Positions 37,047-51,584 of a DNA stretch of 64,000 bases are shown here, in pieces. The stretch spans positions 70,246,001-70,310,000 of the forward strand of contig NC_043006.1 in the NCBI RefSeq assembly GCF_006345805.1, written 5' to 3'. Made by a program: the position numbers and the translations under genes. Origin of the DNA: Octopus sinensis (taxonomy: Eukaryota). Each line of letters opens with the position of its first letter. Position 1 is the first letter of the stretch. The notes under the pieces are model-generated. The model saw nothing but the letters and a program-made list of their open reading frames with translations, ran no database searches and had not been told where the DNA came from.

Positions 37047-38280
37047 ATGAAGCTATCACACCAAAGCCGTTTCGGACATGTTATTGCAGATGTATTCAGA
37101 AAGAAGCTACCCATACTTATCTTCTCTACTTACAATGTTCGAACACTACGGATGTGTAGTAAATATGATCAATTGGCACGCGAAGTGGAGAAGCAGTCGA
37201 TTGACGTTATAGATATCCAGGGAAGGCGGCGAGCCGGAAGAAAGGTTAGCACGCCGGGCGAAATGCTTAGCGGTATTTCGTTTGTCTTTATTTTCTGAGT
37301 TCAAATTCCATCGAGGTCGACTTTGCCTTTCATCCTTTCGGGTTCGATAAATTAAGTACCAGTTGTGTACTGGGGTAGATCTAATTGACTGCCTTTCCTC
37401 CCCCAAAATTTCGGGCTTTGTGCTTTGAGTAGAATTGGTTATAGGCATCCACGAACATAGATGAAAAGGGCCAGAATATTTTAAGATCCAGGACTGAATA
37501 TGGGTGTTGTGTTATCCTAATGCAGATGCAAGGTGTAATGGTGGAGTTGGAATTCTTGTCTATAAATGCCTTTATAAGTTTATATCATCAGTTAAAAACC
37601 ATTTTGGTCGAATTATTCAGAAATGGAATATATCTAAGGAAATATACGACTGCAAATGTTTGCAAGCCACGCCTCAACAGAAACTGGATGATGAAGATAA
37701 AGACTCATTCTATGACCAGCTTACAGAAGCGTGTAAGACCTGCCCCAAGCATGACCTAGTGATCCTCCTTGAGGATATGAATGCACAAATTGGCCACGGT
37801 AGTGAAGCTACAGAAGTCAGAAAATATAAATATCGTGAGGTCTGAAACGATAATGGAAGCAGATATGCTAAATGCTGTCTACTCAAAAACCTGAAGGATT
37901 TGCCATCCCATTTCAAACACACGAACAACGAAAAGTGGAGCTGGATGTATACCAATAGGCATAAAATGGACTTGGACCATATTGCAGTGACGGCAAAGTG
38001 GATGGGCTCATTCACTAACTGTCGCACCTGCTCAACAGTGGAGCAAAATTCTGACCATAAAATTGTTTCTTGCATCTTCCGATTGAAATTCAGTAGACAA
38101 GCACGGGAACTCAAGAAGTGTACGATATTTTACTGGATGATACTGCCAAATGACAATGAGAAAAGAACAAATTTCCAAACCAAACTAAATGCTGCTCTCA
38201 CTGAGAATACCCATCGCAATAATGGCATAAGAACTGACGAAATATTTCGTTTTGGGATTTGGTTTGCAAGATTCTTTATG
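37047..38280 (+). mobile_element. Degenerate RTE-type LINE AP-endonuclease region, interrupted by a family-A SINE (37222-37435)
   Basis: TYNVRTL, GGVGILV, KDSFYDQL...DMNAQIG and LDHIAV...SDH motifs. A degenerate duplication GTTATAG..ATCCA flanks the SINE. Confidence 0.8.
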
Positions 38281-38859
38281 TGAGTTCATGTGCTGAAGCA
38301 TATTCTGTTGTGTCTGGGGAGAGTCATTTTCTTTTTGTGTCTGGGGAGAGTCATTTTCTTTTTGTGTCTTATAACTGAACATACTTACCGGTAAAATTTT
38401 CCACTTATTTCTTATTTTTATTTCCCTAAAATTTTCGTTGCGTCTTGCAACCTTTTCAATAGTCTTGACTCTCACCGGTAAGTGTGTTAAATTATAAGGC
38501 ACAAAAAGAAAATGACTCTCCCCAAACACAACTGACGAAATGAACAATAGCTTAACATCAACCCTCACAAAAGCCGCTGAGGAACAATCGGCAAATGCAA
38601 TCCAAATAGTAAGAAACTCACCGTGAGTTTCAGAAGCCATATTGAAACTGATAGACAATCGCAATAATTTGAAGACGAAATACTTCAAACAGAATGAATC
38701 TCATAAAGACGTAATCAATGCCAATTATTTAGTTAACGAATCTGCAAAAAAAAATGAATTCTTTGACACGACCCGCCAACACAAAGAGGCTTATAGAGTG
38801 GTTAAGATGCTGAAGAAAGGAAACCGACAGCAAGACATTCAACAAGTATGTGACAAACA

Positions 38860-39273
<414 letters not shown>

Positions 39274-39561
39274 TCACAATCGTTGCTCCTGTCCACTCAG
39301 CTGGCAATAATGAGTTGTACCTGTAGTTCAAATGGGCCGTTAAGGGTGCGCGTGTTTATGGGGTGCTCAGCCACAGACTGTTACGTTGAACGGATCAAGT
39401 GGAACACTCGTCGTCGTTACCGACAGAGTACCATTGCATACAGATCAATAGAGAGAGAGAGAGAGAGAGAAAGAGGGAGAGACAGACAGACAGACAGACA
39501 GACAATCAAATAGACAGACAGACAGATAGACAGACAGATAGTCAGACAGACAGATGGAAAA

Positions 39562-39622
<61 letters not shown>

Positions 39623-39627
39623 CAAAC

Positions 39628-39667
<40 letters not shown>

Positions 39668-39808
39668 GGACGGACAGACGGACAGACGGACAGACGGGCA
39701 GACAGACGGACAGACAGACAGATAGACAGACAGACAAATAGATAGATAGACAGACATACAGACGGACAGACAGACAGACAGGCAGACAGACAGACAGAGA
39801 GACAAATG

Positions 39809-39870
<62 letters not shown>

Positions 39871-39879
39871 CAGACAGGC

Positions 39880-39911
<32 letters not shown>

Positions 39912-40067
39912 GACAGACAGACAGACGGACGGACGGACGGACGGACGGACAGACGGGCAGACAGACGGACAGACAGACAGATAGACAGACGGACAAATAG
40001 ATAGATAGACGGACATACAGACGGACAGACAGACAGACAGGCAGACAGACAGAGAGACAAATGGATG

Positions 40068-40149
<82 letters not shown>

Positions 40150-40346
40150 GTTCACGGAATGATTTTTACAAGTATCGCCTACAGCAGTATCACCGGACAT
40201 GCTGCTCACCAGATTAGCTGGAGACCTTGCAAGTGCATTTGTACTGCATTCTTTCCCCGTCTGACTTCTGACTGAGAGAGCAACAACATCAACAGTAATA
40301 GTGAGTGAAAAGAAAGAAAATATATTGAACAGGTTTTGCTATTTAC

Positions 40347-40506
40347 CTTGGAGCAAAGAGTGAATGGACGAATTTCTCTTCGGCTTTGGATCGAAGTATC
40401 ACCGGAACGCCGTTAGGTAGCTGCGAACAGAGACTGGCGGCTTTGCTGAATTTCACTTTCCCCACAGGAAAAACTGTGTAACATCTCCCTTTGTACATAG
40501 TGCAAT
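40347..40506 (-). CDS. Same gene: N-terminal half of the C-type lectin domain (CTMYKGRCYTVF...FSKAASLC...ILRSKAEEKFV)
   Basis: ctttag acceptor and GTAAAT donor, phase 1 to 2; joins the 35843 exon in frame. Confidence 0.85.
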
Positions 40507-40570
40507 CTAAAGACAAAAGATATATATACATACATTCATATATATATATATATATTATATATATATATAT

Positions 40571-40616
<46 letters not shown>

Positions 40617-40959
40617 TACAGTATATATTTTTATGAGCTACTATTAGTTTCATGTGGAGAGTACATGCCAAATAGTGTTTTTTAACACATCTGATGTCCT
40701 AGCACAATCATCAGACACTGCCCTCATGGCATAACAAACTTAAAATGGGACAAGAGAAAAAGCGAGAAAAGACCAGAAAAAAGTATATATAAAAGATAGA
40801 AGGTTGAAAAACCAGAAAACGAAAATGAAATCAGAAAGATGCAAAAGCGGAAATTAGTGTTATTTCCTTAAGACCGTAAATTATACGGCTGAAAAGATAG
40901 TCGCTTAGTGTTTGTGGTACAGTTATTCAATTTGGAGAAGAAGGCACTTTCCAATTCGT

Positions 40960-41300
40960 CTGCAGGAACTTAGCGATATGCTTACAACCGCTGAAAATTT
41001 CGGATCTAGAGTTCAGCAGTGAGTTTGAGATCTTAGTTCTAAAAAGGATCTGAGTTCTTTCAACTATGCATTGCTTACAATTTTGATCCGTTAACATATG
41101 GTTTGGATTTTTCGACTATTTTCCACTTTATCGTATATGATGTGGCGCTCGATTTCAAACCCAATACGTGGCTGGCTAAATTACGAGCTTTACTTTTGTC
41201 CCCGTGTCGGACGGAAGATATGTGATTAGCATAGCGATTTCTGAATTCTCCTTCACATAGGCCAATATAGCTCTCCTTATCGTTTGTGATAATAGTATAC
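40960..41300 (-). mobile_element. Degenerate Penelope-like GIY-YIG fragment (second lineage)
   Basis: YIGLCEGEFRNRYANH...IKWKIVEK...LLNSRSEIFSGCKH. Confidence 0.75.
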
Positions 41301-41362
41301 CAGTCATTGATTAGCGAACAGTTACTGGCTACTGAATGTCATTAGTATGTAGAGAGTTTATA

Positions 41363-41755
41363 GGCGTAGGAGTGGCTGTGTGGTAAGTAGCTTGCTTACC
41401 AACCACATGGTTCCGAGTTCAGTCCCACTGCGTGGCACCTTGGGCAAGTGTCTTCTACTATAGTCTTAGGTCGACCAAAGCCTTGTGAGTGGATTTGGTA
41501 GACGGAATCTGAACGAAGCATGTCGTATATATGTATATATACATATGTGTGTGTATATATATGTTTGTGTGCCTGTGCTTGTACCGCCAACATCACTTGA
41601 CAACCGATGCTGGTGTGTTTACGTCCCCGTAACTTAGCAAAAGAGACCGATAGAATCAGTACTAGGCTTACAAAGAATAAGTCCTGGAGTCGATTTGCTC
41701 GACTAAAGGCGCTGCTCCAGCATGGCCACTGTCAAATGACTGAGTAAAAGAGTAG
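41363..41755 (+). mobile_element. Full-length tRNA-derived SINE family B (GGCGCAGGAGTGGCTGTGTGG head, internal microsatellite); more than 15 copies or fragments, e.g. 6055-6420(-), 10075-10475(-), 46745-47130(-), 55391-55710(+), 61438-61855(+), 63395-63810(-)
   Basis: A/B boxes, conserved body and GGCGGTGCTCCAGCATGGCC...GACTGAAAC tail recur. Confidence 0.9.
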
Positions 41756-42061
41756 GAGAAAATGGATGGAAATGGATATAGGAGGAAATAGATTTATTCG
41801 ATCTTGCTACAGTTGTTTCCACACATCGCTACACCAGTTGTTGAGATGATATCTTTTACCTATTACTTGTTTCAGTCATTAAACTGCGGCCTTGTAGGGG
41901 CACCGCCTTGAATTTTTAGTCGAATGAATAGACACCAGGACTTATTTTTTATGCCTGATTCTTATTCAATCGGTCTCCTTTGCCGAATCGCTCAGTAACT
42001 GGAACGCAAACACACGAACACCGGTTGTCAGGCGGCGGTGGTGGGGACAAACACACACAGA

Positions 42062-42097
<36 letters not shown>

Positions 42098-42272
42098 TAC
42101 ACACACAAAGGTGAGCACATAAGTGTAAAACAAGATGGCAAAACTAGTACTCAAATACCAAAGATAGAGTGATATATTTTTTATTTAAATCTGCAAGGTT
42201 ATCACAGAACTGTTACTCAGAGTTTCACGTTCTAGTTCGTCGAATAACTGTCTTATGAAGCTTTACTAAAAT

Positions 42273-42356
<84 letters not shown>

Positions 42357-42444
42357 AAAAAACGAAGAACAAACACAAAAATACAACGCGAGGACGTGGT
42401 AGATGTAAAGTATTAGCAGACGCTCAAGGAAGGAAAGAAAGATG

Positions 42445-42479
42445 GTTTTACGTTTCGAGCAAAGCTCTTCTTCAGAAAC
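42445..42479 (-). ncRNA. Minimal hammerhead ribozyme-like motif with intact core
   Basis: GUUU-CUGAAGA-A-GAGC(UUU)GCUC-GAAA-CG-UA-AAAC. All stems pair; GUA cleavage triplet. Confidence 0.68.
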
Positions 42480-42804
42480 AGGAGACACGGGAAAGTACAA
42501 TAGAAAAGGAAGACAGATGGGAAAAAAATCACCAACGATTCACATGTGGTTATATATATACTGAGTAACAGTCATATATACAACTTGAACAGACACACAT
42601 ATCAGTACATGAACATACATTCACATGGACATACTCATATACACACGCACAGACACGGCTACACACCTACATACCTAAATACTCACATACATACATGCAT
42701 AAATACATAGATACATATGTACATACTACATACATACATGCGTATAGGCGTGCAGGCACATGCATACGCATGTACACATATGCATATGCACATTCATACA
42801 TGTA

Positions 42805-43100
42805 CATATATACAAACATACACACATACATACACACACACACACATACATACATACATACATGCATACATACATACATACATACATACATACATACATA
42901 CATACATACATACATACATAATACATGCATACATATGATGAACTAACTGTTTCTCAGATGCAGAACGGAATTTTGTCTGTGAACAGATTGCGGTTTGAAA
43001 GCGACGAAAATATTTTGGCTAATTAAATTTAAATGTTGAAGTGAATCTAACGGTTTTCTGTGTTTTTAAATGGCGAATAAACACCTTCCACGCTGCAATT

Positions 43101-43172
<72 letters not shown>

Positions 43173-43470
43173 AATTGCAGCGTGGAAGGTGTTTATTCGC
43201 CATTTAAAAACACAGAAAACCGTTAGATTCACTTCAACATTTAAATTTAATTAGCCAAAATATTTTCGTCGCTTTCAAACCGCAATCTGTTCACAGACAA
43301 AATTCCGTTCTGCATCTGAGAAACAGTTAGTTCATCATATGTATGCATGTATGTATGTATGTATGTATGTATGTATGTATGTATGTATGTATGTATGTAT
43401 GTATGTATGTATGTATGTATGTATGCATGTATGTATGTATGTATGTGTGTTTGTGTATGTATGTGTGTAT
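42805..43470. repeat. Large palindrome centred on (AT)n at about 43136; unique-sequence arms are exact mirrors
   Basis: Identical peptides from 43041-43226(+) and 43047-43232(-); the mirror continues into the flanking microsatellite. Confidence 0.9.
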
Positions 43471-43474
43471 GTAT

Positions 43475-43517
<43 letters not shown>

Positions 43518-43707
43518 TACTAATATAGGATGAAGTTTTTTTTTCCTACAGAAAAATATTCCATCAAAAAATGTGGCAGCATATTAAAATACCTTTACGG
43601 TTAAAATTATAAACAACTTATAAGTAAGGGCTAAAGAAAAGTTTATAGACATTGAAATAATTTCTTTGGCCCTTACTTATAAGTTATATATATATATATA
43701 TATATAT

Positions 43708-43783
<76 letters not shown>

Positions 43784-44064
43784 CTTGTAAGAGGATGCGT
43801 GGCGTCCAATCATATAATGATATAGATAATATATATATATATGTGACCGCATGTGTACCGTTGGCGATTTTTTTTTCCTCTGTCTTCCCTTCTCTGGATC
43901 TTTCCTTCTCCTATGTTTCCGACGAAGAGCTCCGCTTGAAACGTTAAATCCTCCTTCTTTCCTTCTTTCCTGAGCGTCCAATAATACTATATTTGTTCCA
44001 CGTCCTCGCGTTGTTGTGTTTTTTTGTGCTTTCTTGTTTGCATTAACTTTATATACATATATAT

Positions 44065-44097
<33 letters not shown>

Positions 44098-44119
44098 GCA
44101 CACATATATATATATATAC

Positions 44120-44164
<45 letters not shown>

Positions 44165-44187
44165 TATAAGTGTGTGTGTGTGTGTGT

Positions 44188-44234
<47 letters not shown>

Positions 44235-46266
44235 ACAGAGAGAGAGCTGAAATTTACAGAAACGAAGACAGGTGTAGGAACAACAAGCAGATGTATTAAT
44301 TTGACGCTCGGGAAAGTGAGAAAGTCTTCTACGTTTCGAACCTACGCTCTTCAACAGAAAGGAATATGAGAAAATAGACAGAGAGAGAAAAAGAAAAAAG
44401 AACTTCTGGATTTAGCGATCAAGAATGACGACTGGTTTGGAAAAAGGTATGACATCATGAGCTTCTTTCAGTTTCCGTCTACCAAATACACTCACAAGAC
44501 TTTGGTCGGCCCGAGACTATAGTAAAAAGCACTTGCCTCCAAGGTGGCACTGAACCCGGAACCATGTGTCAAGGACATTTATAAAGACAGAGGTAGTCTT
44601 ACAGCAGTTTCAGGGATATAAAAAATATCCCACCGTCAGAGACGGTATGAGAGAGTTAAACAGAAGGAAATAGTAGCGTTCAGTATAAGAAGTTATTTTG
44701 GAGAAGGAGAGATATAGGAAGTATAAAGGAAAATATGAGAATAAAAATAAAAATATATGTTCGATGTCACAGTTGCAGCTCCATTATCCAATGAATGTGC
44801 TGTGTAGAATGCGTAAAGAAGCGTCTATGTAAATTCCGATAAGAGTTCATATTTTGTTATTAAAAATGGATAGTGTGCAGATATTAATTCCATGTGCTAT
44901 TCATTCAAAGGGATCTTGTAGTGTAAATGAAATTTTGAGAATATACTGGTAGGGCGAAGTAGAGAGAGAGAGAGAGAAGAGAGAATAGGTAAGTGTGTTA
45001 TTCTGTTATTCTTTTATTCGTTTCAGTCATTTGACCGCGGCAATGCTGGAGCACCGCCTTTAGTCGAGCAAATCGACCCCAGGACTTATTGTTTATAAGC
45101 CTAGTACTTACTCTATCGATCTCTTTTACCGAACCGCTAAGTTACGGGGGGGCGTAATCATGTCAACAGCAGTTGTCAAGCGATGGTGGGATGGGACAAA
45201 CACAGACACACAGAGATATACACACACACACACACACATACACACACACACACATATATATAGGCAGACTTCAGAAAAAAAAAACAAAAGACGAAGAGAG
45301 GTAGTGTAGACAACAAACAGATGTATTAGCATAACGCTCGGGAATTGAAAAAGTCTTTAACGTTTCGAGCCTAAGTGGATCTATTGTTTAGGAAAATGCT
45401 ATTTACTTGTTTGAGCGTTGTGGTGGATAAATTACGAAAATAACTCAAATAGTTCAAATACCAAGAAATAAGCATACTCAATTTGATTTATACGAAACAA
45501 TTTACGAACATGAATGGGTTATTTCCTTTGACTATATATAAGAATCCCTTTCAGGAGCGAATGGGTTATTTCCCATGGATGTTTAAAAATAATATATTAG
45601 TTATATGTAGTAGATATAAGAATGCCTTCCAGGGACCCTAATATCGATTTTTTTTCAACAATCTAAGTATGCCACTAGTTTTTCGGACATGAGTTCTACT
45701 CAGGTGTCACGTTTCATCAAAATCGATAGAACAATTTAGGAGGAGTTAGATAGCAGTGCAACAAACAAACACACCCACAGATTTCCAGGTGTGTAGTAGA
45801 GATATACATATATATAAATGATTGCGTGTGTGTGTGTAGGTATGTATATGTATATATGTATGTGTGTATATATATATAGGTGCATGTGTGTGCGTGTGTG
45901 TGTATGCGTGTGTGTGTGTGCGCGTGTGTGTGTGAGTGTGTGTGTAAGTAGGTGCAGAAATGGAAAGACGTGACTGAGAGCAGAAAATAGCTAGATATAT
46001 AAGTCTTTGATCTCCTTATAATTAATTTGTTATTTCTTCTCTACCGACAACATGCAGTCTCTATAGAGACATATGGATTTACCTATGTGTGGATCCACTG
46101 AGGCTAGGAAATAAACAAACTGGAGTTTTTCTATACCCACGGAGGTCAGCCAGCATTGTTAACTGGCGAAAGAGAATACGGCACCCGCTAGGATTGTATA
46201 TACCTACCAACATAATTTTCAAACTTAACTTTATATATCATATGTGTGTGTGTGTGTGTGTGTGTT

Positions 46267-46307
<41 letters not shown>

Positions 46308-47153
46308 CGCTAACCACTACACATTCTTTATTTTCTCTCCTTGTTCCTTTCTGTGTTCCTTTCTCTGGAAGAGCGTAGACTCGAAACATTAAAGAATTTT
46401 TCACTTCCCGAGCATTATACTAATACATGTTTGTTGTCTACACCACCTGTTTTCGTCTTTTGTTGTTTTGTTTTGTTTTTTTGTTGTCAATTCTCCCCCT
46501 GACCGCATGTGTACCGTTGGCGATTTTTTTCCCTCTGTCTTCCCTTCTCTGGATCTTTCCTTCTCCTATGTTTCCGACGAAGAGCTCCGCTCGAAACGTT
46601 AAACCCTCCTTCTTTCCCTCTTTTCTGAGCGTCCAATAATACTATATTTGTTCCACGTCCTCGCGTTGCTGTGTTTTTTTTGTGTTTTCGTGTTTGGATT
46701 AACTTTATACATATATATATATATATGTTTCTCTTTCTCTTTTTCTCTTTTACTTGTTTCAGTCATTTGACTGCGGCCATGCTGGAGCACCGCCTTTAAT
46801 CGAGCAACTCGACCCCGGGACTTATTCTTTTGTAAGCCCAGTACTTATTCTATCGGTCTCTTTTTTGCCGAACCGCTAAGTGACGGGGACGTAAACACAC
46901 CAGCATCGGTTGTCAAGCAATGCTAGGGGGACAAACACAGACACACACATATATATATACATAAATCCGACAGGCTTCTTTCAGTTCCCGTCTACCAAAT
47001 CCACTCACAAGGCATTGGTCGGCCCGAGGCTATAGCAGAAGACACTTGCCCAAGATGCCACGCAGTGGGACTGAACCCGGAACCATGTGGTTGGTTAGCA
47101 AGCTACTTACCACACAGCCACTCCTGTGCCTATATATATATATGTCTTTTAGT

Positions 47154-47246
<93 letters not shown>

Positions 47247-47803
47247 CATGTGTGTGTGTGTGTGGTGTGTGTGTGTGTGTGTGTACATATACATATATGG
47301 AGAGAGACGATAAGAAATGGAACAATAATTAACAAATTAACAATGAGAAGTGGATCATTGGTGTTTTAAAGACATCGTTTAATTAAATTTTGTGTATGTT
47401 TACAGTTGTTTCTGTTTATTAAAATGGTGTAAATTTACATTTTCCTCGTTAGATTTAATAAACATCTTCAGAACGATTATATAGAAGAAGAAAGGCAAAG
47501 AGAAAGAGAAGGGAAAAGAAAGAAAAACGGGTTCGTTAAAGCAATAGTCATACATTTTAGTGACTTGCATATTTCCACGTGTCAGTAGATTCCTTCATTC
47601 GATGGCTATGGTGGTAAGTGAGGACAGAGGCCAATTGACGGGCGGTGTATGGCCGAAGGAGTTATACCTGGTGGGGATATCCGGTGTTGTTATTGGACTT
47701 AAGTAACGTTAATTACAGGGACTAACTGAGAAGCCACAAATTAACGTTATTTATGATCCACTTCCCATTGTTAATTATTGCTCCATTTCTTATCGTCTAT
47801 ATA

Positions 47804-50685
47804 TCTCTTATTATAAAAGGCAGATTTTATCTGCCTCCCTTTGGGAGTTATAGAAATCTACAATATAGGATTTCTTCAATTACAATTAACCTGGCATTTT
47901 TAAGAGTACAATGCACCGCGTCATGCCAGGTCCAGTTTTTAAAATTTAAACTCCAATTAAGCAAAATTTACAGAAAACTCACATTCTGGTGTGTGTGTCA
48001 AATGTTTTTCTTAATGTGGTTTACACCACACGCAAACGCACACACACACAAAGGGAGCGAATTGTTTCACTGACGCTATCACCCTTCTCCTCCTTTGTCT
48101 TTGCAAGTTGGCAGCTATTAAAGTGAAACCAGTGAATCCGACAGCGATTAAGAACACGAATTAGCACCTGAATGGAGTGAAAATTTAAAAACTGTTTCCT
48201 TCGGTGATTTTTCTGAATAAACTGGACCAAGCCACAGACTTTCCCAGAAGAGTAAAGCCTTAGACTATTTCTATTTACTTTTTAGAATGAGCCCATTTAA
48301 AATCATTACGGCAGAAACGAAACGTTACGCTAAACGTAAACAAAACGATGTTTGAACAAAATTTTAATAATTTTACAGAAAGTTACCCAGAATAACAAAT
48401 TCTATTGTAAAATTTTGTTGTATACCCAATTGAATATTAGCTAATAACCCATTTTCTATAGCGATGTTTGAACAAAATTTTAATAATTTTACAGAAAGTT
48501 ACCCAGAATAACACATTCTATCGTAAAATTTTGTTGTATACCCAATTGAATATTAGCTAATAACCCATTTTCTATAGCGATGTTTGAACAAAATTTTAAT
48601 AATTTTACAGAAAGTTACCCAGAATAACAAATTCTATTGTAAAATTTTGTTGTATACCCAATTGAATATTAGCTAATAACCCATTTTCTATAGCGATGTT
48701 TGAACAAAATTTTAATAATTTTACAGAAAGTTACCCAGAATAACAATTCTATTGTAAAATTTTGTTGTATACCCAATTGAATATTAGCTAATAACCCATT
48801 TTCTATAGCGATGTTTGAACAAAATTTTAATAATTTTACAGAAAGTTACCCAGAATAACAAATTCTATCGTAAAATTTTGTTGTATACCCAATTGAATAT
48901 TAGCTAATAACCCATTTTCTATAGCGATGTTTGAACAAAATTTTAATAATTTTACAGAAAGTTACCCAGAATAACAAATTCTATTGTAAAATTTTGTTGT
49001 ATACCCAATTGAATATTAGCTAATAACCCATTTTCTATAGCGATGTTTGAACAAAATTTTAATAATTTTACAGAAAGTTACCCAGAATAACACATTCTTT
49101 CGTAAAATTTTGTTGTATACCCAATTGAATATTAGCTAATAACCCATTTTCTATAGCGATGTTTGAACAAAATTTTAATAATTTTACAGAAAGTTACCCA
49201 GAATAACAAATTCTATTGTAAAATTTTGTTGTATACCTAATTGAATATTAGCTAATAACCCATTTTCTATAGCGATGTTTGAACAAAATTTTAATAATTT
49301 TACAGAAAGTTACCCAGAATAACACATTCTTTCGTAAAATTTTGTTGTATACCCAATTGAATATTAGCTAATAACCCATTTTCTATAGCGATGTTTGACA
49401 AAAATTTAATAATTTTACAGAAAGTTACCCAGAATAACAAATTCTATCGTAAAATTTTGTGGATACCCAATTGAATATTAGCTAATAACCCATTTTCTAT
49501 AGCGATGTTTGAACAAAATTTTAATAATTTTACAGAAAGTTACCCAGAATACACAATTCTATTGTAAAATTTTGTTGTATACCAAATGAATATTAGCTAA
49601 TAACCCATTTTCTATAGCGATGTTGAACAAAATTTTAATAATTTTACAGAAAGTTACCAGAATAACACATTCTTTCGTAAAATTTTGTTGTATACCCAAT
49701 TGAATATTAGCTAATAACCCATTTTCTATAGCGATGTTTGAACAAAATTTTAATAATTTTACAGAAAGTTACCCAGAATAACAAATTCTATCGTAAAATT
49801 TTGTTGTATACCCAATTGAATATTAGCTAATAACCCATTTTCTCTAGCGATGTTTGAACAAAATTTTAATAATTTTACAGAAAGTTACCCAGAATAAAAC
49901 ATTCTATCGTAAAATTTTGTTGTATACCCAATTGAATATTAGCTATAACCCATTTTCTAGCGATGTTGAACAAAATTTTAATAATTTTACAGAAAGTTAC
50001 CCAGAATAACAAATTCTATCGTAAAATTTTGTTGTATACCCAATTGAATATTAGCTAATAACCCATTTTCTATAGCGATGTTTGAACAAAATTTTAATAA
50101 TTTTACAGAAAGTTACCCAGAATAACAAATTCTATCGTAAAATTTGGTGGTATACCCAATTGAATATTAGCTAATAACCCATTTTCTATAGCGATTTGAA
50201 CAAAATTTTAATAATTTTACAGAAAGTTACCCAGAATAACAAATTCTATTGTAAAATTTTGTTGTATACCCAATTGAATATTAGCTAATAACCCATTTTC
50301 TATAGCGATGTTTGAACAAAATTTTAATAATTTTACAGAAAGTTACCCAGAATAACAAATTCTATCGTAAAATTTTGTTGTATACCCAATTGAATATTAG
50401 CTAATAACCCATTTTCTCTAGCGATGTTTGAACAAAATTTTAATAATTTTACAGAAGTTACCCAGAATAACAAATTCTATCGTAAAATTTTGTTGTATAC
50501 CCAATTGAATATTAGCTAATAACCCATTTTCTATAGCGATGTTTGAACAAAATTTTAATAATTTTACAGAAAGTTACCCAGAATAACAATTCTATCGTAA
50601 AATGTTGTGGGTATACCCCCAATTGAATATTAGCTAATAACCCATTTTCTATAGCGATGTTTGGACAAAATTTTAATAATTTTAT
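47804..50685 (+). mobile_element. Non-autonomous Helitron copy (5' A|TC end, no 3' end seen) with an expanded internal satellite
   Basis: First 545 bp match 51585 onward. Confidence 0.7.
48348..50685. repeat. 116-bp tandem satellite, about 20 copies
   Basis: Period measured from starts at 48348, 48464 and 48580; about three further units at 52205-52578. Confidence 0.95.
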
Positions 50686-51030
50686 ATATTGTTGAATTTA
50701 CCTGTATCTACCTGCAATTAGCGTCACTTTGTGACAAAAATTATAGTATAGAATTGGTTGAGGACATTTCATTAATTATCTTCCAAATCCACATTAGTAT
50801 ATTGATAAATAAAAAAGTTATAGTTGTTTAATGAAACCAGACTAAATTTATGATTACGTTAGAAATTATTGAAACACATAAGGGGTGTATTTTGGTCAGA
50901 AATATAGTAACGAAAGGATTAAGAAAAACCAAAAAATATTTTATTCTTTATAAATGTTGTATTCAAAATAACATTTTCTTTTAAGAATGCGTATATAACA
51001 AAGTATGTGTATATAACTACGTGGCTTATA

Positions 51031-51427
51031 TCTTTATATATAAGAGTGAAGTTGTGTGTCTGTCTCCTATGATTTAGATTCCTAACTACTCCCACATTTT
51101 GCGGTGCAGTGTAACCAAAACCGGGTATCTTATAGTCGTGATTCATATCGAGCCCTTCTGGGTATTAGCGCGCGTCTACGATGAGTCTACGATTTAAAAA
51201 AATTTACCATCATATTTTTCCATTTTAATGCATTTTTTTCGCTATTATATAAGGGAAGTAACTCTCTAAAAATATCTACGATGTGTCAACGATTTGAAAA
51301 GAAATTTACCTTAATTTTTTTTCCATTTTTTATGCATTTTTTGGCTATTTTTTGGCTATAACTCTCTAAAAATGCTTATATAGTTATTTCCCTTACAAAC
51401 CCGAGCAACGCCGGGCGATACTGCTAG
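51031..51427 (+). mobile_element. Short non-autonomous Helitron (A|TC...hairpin...CTAG|T)
   Basis: CCCGAGCAACGCCGGG hairpin at 51400-51415; CTAG at 51424-51427. Confidence 0.8.
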
Positions 51428-51584
51428 TATATATATAAAACCACGCTTTTACCTTTAAATTACCTACTACCGTATACGCTTTTAACGAGAACTATCTATA
51501 GTGAGGTAATACACCAAGAGTGCATAGGAATAAATATATCCCTTAGACGGTTACATAACCCATACCTTATATCTTACTTATGCA

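Noticed and set aside
39417-40209. Long LSIY/LSVC ORFs, and the many YI/CV/HT/MYVC ORFs elsewhere
   Set aside because: Artefacts of di- and tetranucleotide microsatellites.
40150-40272. Possible extra exon just after the first CTLD exon
   Set aside because: The best acceptor gives an in-frame stop, and the 35843 exon completes the CTLD in the right phase. Alternative splicing cannot be excluded.
46083-46103. 21-nt phase 1-1 micro-exon (SVDPHI) between signal peptide and CTLD
   Set aside because: Splice sites look good, but it is too short to support without RNA data and the gene joins in frame without it.
47440-47720. Unique sequence with ATGGCTATGGTG|GTAAGT (+) and a short - strand ORF
   Set aside because: No partner exons or recognisable peptide found.
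48348-50685. CRISPR-like regular array
   Set aside because: Units are contiguous and near-identical with no unique spacers, in a eukaryotic context with no cas genes; it is a satellite.
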